A program made the position numbers and the translations under genes. The notes beneath the pieces are model-generated. The model was given only the letters and a program-made list of their open reading frames with translations, was not told the origin of the DNA and made no database searches. Shown here in pieces: positions 24,857 to 33,107 of a stretch of DNA of 33,107 nucleotides. Origin of the DNA: a virus (lineage: Duplodnaviria; Caudoviricetes); the IMG/VR virus record IMGVR_UViG_3300032260_000013, positions 1-33,107 of that record. The stretch is one strand, 5' to 3'. Position 1 is the stretch's first letter, and each line of letters begins with the position of its first letter.

Positions 24857-25033
24857 ATGACGAATACGGTTGAGACCGAGGTTCCTGCGCCGGATGTGTT
24901 GACGCTGGTGGTGACGTCTGCGGACGGAACCGCGAGACCCGACGTAAGACTTCAAATCGAAAGCGTGGAGTCAGCGAACAGGCTAATCAGGAGACTAGCG
25001 GAGATTTCCGACTACCTTGCCGGACAACAGTAA
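24857..25033 (+). CDS. Hypothetical protein
   Basis: AAGGAG RBS; start MTNTVETE; 58 aa. Confidence 0.6.
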   Translation: MTNTVETEVPAPDVLTLVVTSADGTARPDVRLQIESVESANRLIRRLAEISDYLAGQQ

Positions 25034-25050
25034 TTCGGCGGTGTTTTATA
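25020..25050 (+). promoter_or_regulatory. Candidate phage-sigma promoter (second copy)
   Basis: CCGGACAA-CAGTAAT-TCGGCGGTGTTTTATA, 36 bp upstream of the SSB start. Matches the motif upstream of terS. Confidence 0.65.
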
Positions 25051-25086
25051 ACTGATCGATACGAGAACAACACAAGGAGAACACTC

Positions 25087-26670
<1,584 letters not shown>

Positions 26671-26694
26671 ACAACAAACAAGGAGAACGAAGCA

Positions 26695-27000
26695 ATGCAA
26701 TTCAAGAAAGTTTCCACCGCCAAGAAGTACGCCAAGCCCGCCAACTCGCGGACCCGAACCTCCAAGTACGATCCGTTCATCGACGCCGGGATCGCGTTGG
26801 TCGAAAACGAGGGTGTCGCCGCCCCGTTTGAAACCTCGGACGAGGCGACGGCCGCGCTGAACGGTCTACGCGGTCGCCTGAAGAGGCGCGGACTCTATCC
26901 GATCTTCACGGCGTACATCGTCGAGGGCACAACCGTGGTCCTCACCAAGAAGTCCGTGCCCGACGAGGTGGCCGACGCCGACGCGGACGGTGGCGAATAA
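26695..27000 (+). CDS. Small basic protein, possibly DNA-binding
   Basis: AAGGAG RBS; Lys/Arg-rich N-terminus with an R.SKY motif; acidic tail. Confidence 0.65.
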   Translation: MQFKKVSTAKKYAKPANSRTRTSKYDPFIDAGIALVENEGVAAPFETSDEATAALNGLRGRLKRRGLYPIFTAYIVEGTTVVLTKKSVPDEVADADADGGE

Positions 27001-27517
27001 ACCCGGTAAGCAATTCGAGATTGATCTCTCCTCCAGCGCTGTACGTCAAGGCATTTATGTCTACCGACTGAAGGACTGTCCCGGCGCGTGGCCATCTCAG
27101 AACGACAACGAAAACGGGAAGCCGACAAGCATACGATTTACGTCGAATAACCCGTTTGACTTGTTGTTCTACCACGCGGGAAACCTGCTACTACTTGAGT
27201 TGAAGTCGTTCGCAGGAACATCCTTTCCATACAGCGCCATTCGTGACCACCAAGTGACGGGCCTTTCTAAAGCAGCACAATACCCCGGCGTGATACCCGG
27301 GGTTGTGCTTAACTTTCGGAAGTACTCCCGCACATTCTTCATTCCTATTGCTGATTTTGTTCACGAGATGGACACGGGGTCGAGAAAATCCATTAACCTC
27401 GACCGAGCATCATCCATCGGAGTCGAAATTGATCAGCAGAAGCTTTTAGTACACTACCGATACGACATTGTAAAGTTTGTCGGTGAGGTGGCGTACTTTG
27501 AAACGGAGAGTGCGTGA
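26990..27517 (+). CDS. recU: Holliday junction resolvase, RecU family
   Basis: Motifs GKQFE, YRLKD, NPFD, LELKS, SFPYSAIRDHQ and RKSI. Confidence 0.85.
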   Translation: MANKPGKQFEIDLSSSAVRQGIYVYRLKDCPGAWPSQNDNENGKPTSIRFTSNNPFDLLFYHAGNLLLLELKSFAGTSFPYSAIRDHQVTGLSKAAQYPGVIPGVVLNFRKYSRTFFIPIADFVHEMDTGSRKSINLDRASSIGVEIDQQKLLVHYRYDIVKFVGEVAYFETESA

Positions 27518-28725
27518 ATACTGAAAAGACACCGTGGAGTGTACAACGGAAAGTTGAGCTGAACGGAGACATCACTGTTGCTGCCGACGTAATCCCTGGT
27601 GACCTGTCTCAGGTAAGCGCAATTGACAAGACCGAAGACGGCGTACCGATAGTTGGATTGCGCAGCCCAGAGGATCTCGCCGCTGCGGGTGGTGTTCCGG
27701 ACGGATTTGAGCTGATTTACTACAAGCCGAATACGTGGCCAATACAAACGAGAGATCCTTTGTTTGGCGACGGTGATACCGCACGAACCATTATCGCTCG
27801 GCAAGTGAAGGGCACGTTTCGTGCGCAGCCGAGCGCCTTGGTTGCAGGCAGAGACCTACTACTCGAGTTGCGATCCCGCAGCCCGCGCAAGAAAATGTAC
27901 AAGCATCGCGTGAAGGCCAAGGAGCCGAAGAGTATGTTGGAGATTTCGATCCCCGACTTACACCTCGGTCTCAACGTGTGGCAACAGCGCGGTGGTAACG
28001 GTACATACAACTTCGATGTCGCGGAGAGGCTTTTCCTTGCGTCTATCGAGACGCTTCTCGCCCGCGCGAAGCATCACAACGTAGAACGCATTGTCTTCCC
28101 CATCGGAAACGATTTCCTTCATGTCGACAACCGACAGCAGGCCACAACGAATGGAACGCCGCAAGGTGGCGAGTCTGCCGATTGGCAACAATCGTTCCTT
28201 CGTGGACGCGATCTACTCTTCGCCGGTATTGACCGACTCAAGAAGGTTGCTCCAATACATGTCGTTGTCGTGCCCGGAAATCATGACGCCGACAGCATGT
28301 TTCACATGGGACTTGTTGTCGAAGCCTATTATAACAATGACGAAAACGTTACAGTTGACGCCGGTCCTTCGACTACGAAATTCGTAGAGTACGGATCTAA
28401 TCTCATTGGCTTTGACCACGGTAACAACATCAAACCGCTGGTCCTTGCCGGTGTTATGGCTGAGCGTCAGCCGGAAGCGTGGCAGCGTACCAAGTTCCGG
28501 GCCTGGCACCTGGGACACAACCATCGGAAAGGCGTGTACTTCTCCGAGAACGCGGTAGATATTGAATTTCTACCGAGCCTTGCTGGTGTCAACGCTTGGC
28601 ATCTCAATAATGCATACGTTTGGAGCCGCGCCGCCACGGCATTCGTCTGGGGACACGACGAAGGTCAGATCGCGCGGTACCAAGTCAACGTCGATCCAAC
28701 CAACCCCGAGGGGCTCCTCGGATAG
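27514..28725 (+). CDS. Calcineurin-like metallophosphoesterase
   Basis: Metal-binding motifs DLHLG, GNDFLH, PGNHD, HG and GHNH. Confidence 0.85.
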   Translation: MNTEKTPWSVQRKVELNGDITVAADVIPGDLSQVSAIDKTEDGVPIVGLRSPEDLAAAGGVPDGFELIYYKPNTWPIQTRDPLFGDGDTARTIIARQVKGTFRAQPSALVAGRDLLLELRSRSPRKKMYKHRVKAKEPKSMLEISIPDLHLGLNVWQQRGGNGTYNFDVAERLFLASIETLLARAKHHNVERIVFPIGNDFLHVDNRQQATTNGTPQGGESADWQQSFLRGRDLLFAGIDRLKKVAPIHVVVVPGNHDADSMFHMGLVVEAYYNNDENVTVDAGPSTTKFVEYGSNLIGFDHGNNIKPLVLAGVMAERQPEAWQRTKFRAWHLGHNHRKGVYFSENAVDIEFLPSLAGVNAWHLNNAYVWSRAATAFVWGHDEGQIARYQVNVDPTNPEGLLG

Positions 28726-28734
28726 GAGCAAATT

Positions 28735-28989
28735 GTGGGACACGTTTGTGACATCTGCAACAGTCCCGCAACGGTAGAGATCGAACATACCCCAACGATT
28801 CTACTCTGTGACACCCACGCCGAGTGGGACGACGCACGAATCGTTGGGGTTCTTTTCGACCAACCAAAATGCGTGGACTGTAACAAGCCCGCAACCGAGA
28901 TTCAATTTCGAAAGCGCGGCCGTCATCCTGTCTGTGCACAATGCGCGTGGAAGTTTGCGGTTGCGGAACTAAAAACCCAGACTAAGTAG
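28735..28989 (+). CDS. Small double zinc-finger-like protein
   Basis: GTG start with AGGAG RBS. Internal duplication CDICNSPATVEI...CDTH / CVDCNKPATEI...CAQC. Confidence 0.7.
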   Translation: MGHVCDICNSPATVEIEHTPTILLCDTHAEWDDARIVGVLFDQPKCVDCNKPATEIQFRKRGRHPVCAQCAWKFAVAELKTQTK

Positions 28990-29003
28990 GGAGATACATC
29001 TCA

Positions 29004-31136
29004 ATGCATAATCAATACCAGACCCACCCCATCAACTGGCGAGCTTTTGGCGCAGCGATGATCGTTGTGATCGCACTGATTGCCCTGTTCGGCTTTGCTG
29101 ACGCTGCCTCCTCGCAGCCGCTGCCCGACGCGTTTGTCGAGGTCGACTCGAACTACGTCGTCGGCGTGGGGACGCATCTTGCGCCGCCCTCCTGGGACTG
29201 CTCGTTCTTTCCGTACGTCGACCGGTGCCGAATCGACCACCAGGCGGGCTTCGGTTCCCTTGATCCCCTTTGGCCGTCAAATTGTGGGGGCGGCGGAAAC
29301 CCCATCATTCCCTCGCCGTCAACCCGCTCGGCCGCACTCTATACCGTGAACGGTGCCAAGGCCGTCTACGAGCGCGCGACGCAGCGCATTTTCTACTTCG
29401 TTCAATTCAACAACAAGGCGGCGTGTGACGACTACCAGACCGGCAACGACGACCTCAACGGGGACGGCACGCCGTTTGATGCGCAGGGACTGTGCGAATT
29501 TCCGGATGGTCCAGGCGGAGAACAGAACGGTATCGGTGGAGACGAGTTCATTATTGTCACCTGCCCGGCGTTCGATCCGCTGTGCAAGATTTCGTCTCCG
29601 GAATTGATCACCGACCATACGCGCCCACACAATGACGGCCATTGCCGACAAGACGTTGATCCCGCGAGCTGCGATAAGAACAGTTGGCAGATCAAGGCGG
29701 TCACGTTGATCGGTTCTCCGGTTGGCGAAGACACTTTCCTGGACGTCCAAAAGGTTCAAGGCTTTGGTGGCAAGGTCGCGCACTACGACAGCTCGGGCAA
29801 TTTGATTACCTGCGACGGGACGACCTTCCCGTGCGGCGAGGAGATTATCTCCAAGCCAACGCACATCGTGTTCCGTCATACCTCGGTGCTGTCGATTACG
29901 AACCCGTCGACCAATTGGAATGCCGACGGCGGCGGTACACCGGACAACATCCGAACCGCGTTCAGCGTCACGCCCGACCGACGTTGGTGCGGCGGCACGT
30001 TTACGACGGCTTGGTCGGACGATACGTTTGGATACTGCGCAGCGGCTGAGCGCGGCACAACGTGCGACGACTGTGAGACCTTCACCGGAGCAAACCTGTG
30101 CGGCAATCCATTCCCCGATGAGGCCGTTTGGTTGCCGTGGGAATCGATCGACTGTCCCGAGGAGGCTACGAAGACGCGCGTTATTGACGCTCCGTTGGAA
30201 AGGTGGACGCGCGGCGAGATTACGCTGCCTCTCAACACCAACATTTCGGTTACGGTCACACCGGAATATTTCGGGTTGCTTTCTTGGAGCCAGGACATCA
30301 CCGGTACATACGTGGACGGCGCGTTCTGCCTCGAGGGCGGTCCTGGCGTGTCCTGCAAGGGCGGGCTCCTGGACGGCCGGTCATACTTCCTGGTGGACGA
30401 GGGAATCGCGACCTACTTCGCCGATTACGACCTCGACGGCAACATTGCTCAGTGGTTCAAGGTGGCTTGGGGACGCGAAGTACCGGCCAGCTTTTTGAAG
30501 ATCGTTCCTTCCCTTCAGCCGACCGCCAACGAACTGCTGTTAGGCGACGTGGCCACGCTTCGTCGGCGAACGTCTGACTTGTCGGTGGTCAACTACAACG
30601 GGAACAAGCGATTCATCATCGCACAGTCCGTCCGAACGGAAGATCCCTCCATCGAAGGCTTGGGCAACTCCCCTTGTGGCGCGTCGGCGAACGACGACAA
30701 CCGCGTGTTCGCGTGCAACTTCCCAGACGCCGCGACCGAAACCAAGGGATATTCCTATCGCTGGATGTGGTGGGATCCGATTCTCGGCGCCGTCGTCGAC
30801 GAGAACGGGAACCCGTCGTCCGACGCGAAAGCCAACTTGAATGTCTTCGGGTTCGCCAACAACGGCCCGATGCCCTCCATTTACGCCGAAGGTACGGTCG
30901 GCTGGGCCTACGACTACTTCGAGATCCCGCGCGTCGATCGTATCGATCGGTTCTTCTGCTACGGTACGAAGGACACGACGGCTTGCCGCGTTCCAGAAAG
31001 TCTGACATTCGACAACGCTACCGGCCGCGATCTTCGGTGCGTACAGGTTGAGTTTCCCGCCGAACCTGACATCATCTTTCGATCGGATTTCGAGTTCAAA
31101 AACACGTCGGAATGGACCGATGAACAAGACCAATAA
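29004..31136 (+). CDS. Large secreted Cys-rich protein
   Basis: 710 aa with a hydrophobic signal peptide ending ADA-A. About two dozen Cys, DxNxDG/DxDG Ca-binding-like loops, and C-terminal DIIFRSDFEFKNTSEW. Confidence 0.75.
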   Translation: MHNQYQTHPINWRAFGAAMIVVIALIALFGFADAASSQPLPDAFVEVDSNYVVGVGTHLAPPSWDCSFFPYVDRCRIDHQAGFGSLDPLWPSNCGGGGNPIIPSPSTRSAALYTVNGAKAVYERATQRIFYFVQFNNKAACDDYQTGNDDLNGDGTPFDAQGLCEFPDGPGGEQNGIGGDEFIIVTCPAFDPLCKISSPELITDHTRPHNDGHCRQDVDPASCDKNSWQIKAVTLIGSPVGEDTFLDVQKVQGFGGKVAHYDSSGNLITCDGTTFPCGEEIISKPTHIVFRHTSVLSITNPSTNWNADGGGTPDNIRTAFSVTPDRRWCGGTFTTAWSDDTFGYCAAAERGTTCDDCETFTGANLCGNPFPDEAVWLPWESIDCPEEATKTRVIDAPLERWTRGEITLPLNTNISVTVTPEYFGLLSWSQDITGTYVDGAFCLEGGPGVSCKGGLLDGRSYFLVDEGIATYFADYDLDGNIAQWFKVAWGREVPASFLKIVPSLQPTANELLLGDVATLRRRTSDLSVVNYNGNKRFIIAQSVRTEDPSIEGLGNSPCGASANDDNRVFACNFPDAATETKGYSYRWMWWDPILGAVVDENGNPSSDAKANLNVFGFANNGPMPSIYAEGTVGWAYDYFEIPRVDRIDRFFCYGTKDTTACRVPESLTFDNATGRDLRCVQVEFPAEPDIIFRSDFEFKNTSEWTDEQDQ

Positions 31137-31147
31137 GGAAGCAAATC

Positions 31148-31915
31148 ATGTGCAACAACAAATCCAAATGGCTGCCCAATCCCGACGTTGAGCGAGCCCT
31201 GGTAGACCAGGTACGCTTTCTCCGCGCGACCAAGGAGAACCAGTCGTCTCAATTGCGACTGCTTCGGTCGGAGAACGAGGATCTGCAACAGAAGCTGGCT
31301 GACGAGCGGAGAACCAGTGATCACCTTCGCAGGCAGCTCATAAACGCATCTGGCTACCAGATCAACAGCGTTCGGGCCGCGAATGAGAAGCTGCTACGCA
31401 AATTGGAGGCCGAGGAAGCGGCGCATAAGGAGACGCGCGAGTACCTTGAAGCACTTCGAAGTGAATACGGCAGCCACGTCGCCGCTAACCAGCGCTCGCT
31501 CGAAAGTGCTTTGGAAGGCAATAGCATCCTGGCGCGCCAACTGAAGGGCGTGAAGGAAGCGCGTAAGCGCCTTTGTGGACGCTACGCGGAAATCTTCAAC
31601 GCGTACACCGAAAAGTCTGACGCGCTGACCGCCTGCCAACGGAAGTTGAAGCAGATGGAAGACCGGTATGAGCTGATGAAGGACGGGTACAAAGCGCGCG
31701 GCCAGAGGGTTGGCGATCTATCCCGCCAGCTGAGTTCTCTCCGGAAGCAGTACAACAAGGTTATCGACGCGTACCCGAAGAAGTATGCGGAATTTCAATC
31801 GCTGAAGGAACAGGTCAGCACCCTCAAAAGACGCATCTGCGAATTCATGGGTGTTCCGCCCGAAGAATTTCCAACCGGAAAGGAGTCCGAACATGGCCCG
31901 CCCGCGCTCGGGTGA
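31148..31915 (+). CDS. Long coiled-coil protein
   Basis: 255 aa with a continuous heptad pattern; AAGGA RBS. Confidence 0.75.
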   Translation: MCNNKSKWLPNPDVERALVDQVRFLRATKENQSSQLRLLRSENEDLQQKLADERRTSDHLRRQLINASGYQINSVRAANEKLLRKLEAEEAAHKETREYLEALRSEYGSHVAANQRSLESALEGNSILARQLKGVKEARKRLCGRYAEIFNAYTEKSDALTACQRKLKQMEDRYELMKDGYKARGQRVGDLSRQLSSLRKQYNKVIDAYPKKYAEFQSLKEQVSTLKRRICEFMGVPPEEFPTGKESEHGPPALG

Positions 31916-32057
31916 TTCCCGAAAGACAAAGAAACCCGACTCTCGCCAACAATGTATCGAGCGAATCCGGGAGGCGAACCCCGACAAGACACACATGATA
32001 CTGTACATGAGTGGTGCCTTCGAGCCGTGTACCGGCAACGCGAAGAAGGAGAAGTAG
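31893..32057 (+). CDS. Small hypothetical protein
   Basis: ATG (MARPRSG) with AAGGAG RBS; 54 aa. Confidence 0.5.
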   Translation: MARPRSGDSRKTKKPDSRQQCIERIREANPDKTHMILYMSGAFEPCTGNAKKEK

Positions 32058-32273
32058 GTGATGCCAAACTACCAAGACGCGCAGTTTACGACCGAGAATC
32101 TTACGGACGCACAGCGTTGCGCCGTTCGAGCCGCGCGGATTGAGAACGCGGAGGAGCGTAACGCGGCGCTTCTCGGGTGTGAGAAGCACGAGCGCTGCAA
32201 CAACATGCGTCAGTTTATCCGTTCGGTCGTTGAGGCGTCCGGGTGCGCGCAATCGAACAAGGAGGAAGCATGA
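32058..32273 (+). CDS. Hypothetical protein
   Basis: AAGGAG RBS; directly follows the previous stop. Confidence 0.6.
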   Translation: MMPNYQDAQFTTENLTDAQRCAVRAARIENAEERNAALLGCEKHERCNNMRQFIRSVVEASGCAQSNKEEA

Positions 32274-32554
32274 TGCACCAACGCAAAAATAGGGAGGTCT
32301 CTGACTCGAATATGATCAACCAGCTTGTCGATATCGACCTCGACGGCTTTCTCTACGAGCTGCGCGCACAACCCGCGACAACGGCGCCAACCGTCACGAT
32401 GTACAATAACCAGGCGCGTACAATCAAAGCACAGCGCAGCGAGATCGAAGCGTTGGAACAGACAACCGAGTTGCTAAGAGACGACGCCGAATCGATGAGG
32501 AAGTTTATCACGTATCTACAGAACGCGCTCCGTCGCTGCGAACACAGCAAATAG
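32270..32554 (+). CDS. Hypothetical coiled-coil protein
   Basis: ATGA overlap with GGAGG RBS; start MMHQRK. Confidence 0.65.
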   Translation: MMHQRKNREVSDSNMINQLVDIDLDGFLYELRAQPATTAPTVTMYNNQARTIKAQRSEIEALEQTTELLRDDAESMRKFITYLQNALRRCEHSK

Positions 32555-32570
32555 CGGCGCGACGGGACAC

Positions 32571-32620
32571 AAAAAGGCCCCGGACTTTGGGAGAATATCC
32601 CTCGGTCCGGGGCCTTTTTT
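32571..32620. terminator. Bidirectional rho-independent terminator between the convergent arms
   Basis: AAAAAGGCCCCGGAC...GTCCGGGGCCTTTTTT, located between two convergent stop codons. Confidence 0.9.
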
Positions 32621-32623
32621 CGT

Positions 32624-33106
32624 TTATGCCAGTTTGAGTCCGACGTGTAGGAGTCGAATGTCGCTGGTTGATGTGTCGGCTGCGTCCGCCGAAATGCGCC
32701 GCACGTTCAAGGTGACGCCGATATCGTTCGCGCCGAAGGTAATTGGGTTGGCCGACGAATCAAACCCGCCGACCGTGCTCGCTGTTCCCGGCTCGTTGAC
32801 GGTTTGGGCATAGGCCGTTACCGAGAATGATCCCGGCGTATCCCCGATCGCGAACGGGATGATCCGGATCGACATGCGAAACGCGCCACCGGTCGTCGTG
32901 GAATAATACGATGCAAGCCCGTACGCGTTCTGTCCCTGCCACGACGCGGGCAACCCTGTGGTCCAGTAGCTATTCTGGTTGCTCGAGTTCGGCTGTGACA
33001 GGTAGACGACTTGGCCTGTGACCAGGCTGACCGTCCCATTCCACACGCGCGTGTTTGGTTGGAAGTGGATCTCCTGCGGCTGGATTGGCACGGCGGCGAT
33101 GGAGTC
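32624..33106 (-). CDS. C-terminal part of a probable virion/tail protein (5' end outside the window)
   Basis: The frame stays open to the window edge. Ser/Thr/Gly-rich beta-type sequence on the same strand as the structural genes. Confidence 0.6.
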   Translation of the reverse strand, partial: DSIAAVPIQPQEIHFQPNTRVWNGTVSLVTGQVVYLSQPNSSNQNSYWTTGLPASWQGQNAYGLASYYSTTTGGAFRMSIRIIPFAIGDTPGSFSVTAYAQTVNEPGTASTVGGFDSSANPITFGANDIGVTLNVRRISADAADTSTSDIRLLHVGLKLA

Positions 33107-33107
33107 G

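Overview
The window is most of the genome of a tailed dsDNA phage (Caudoviricetes, podovirus-like gene set). No integrase or repressor is visible, so it is probably lytic. The left arm (1-13047, minus strand) holds the morphogenesis genes: terminase small and large subunits, an unexpected class-3 lipase, portal, FmdB-like protein, scaffold, decoration protein, major capsid, two tandem paralogous head-tail adaptors, tail nozzle and a fibre-like protein. A roughly 1.5 kb non-coding divergence region (13050-14570) contains purine/pyrimidine tracts, tandem repeats and promoters, and ends in a strongly base-paired, GNRA-tetraloop-rich candidate ncRNA (about 14245-14550, possibly extending to about 14785) directly behind a sigma54-like promoter and a boxA-like motif. 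The right arm (plus strand) begins with small early genes punctuated by a family of covarying hairpins, including a SAM-lyase-like gene, three paralogous small proteins and a glycosylase-like protein. These are followed by an ECF-type sigma factor, PD-(D/E)XK exonuclease, primase-helicase, PolA, an HhH-fused gp32-like SSB, RecU, a metallophosphoesterase and a large secreted Cys-rich protein. A bidirectional terminator (32571-32620) separates this arm from the 3' end of another minus-strand, probably virion, gene. A 31-bp bipartite motif shared by the terS and SSB upstream regions is a strong candidate promoter for the phage sigma factor. All calls come from motif recognition by eye; no database searches were run.
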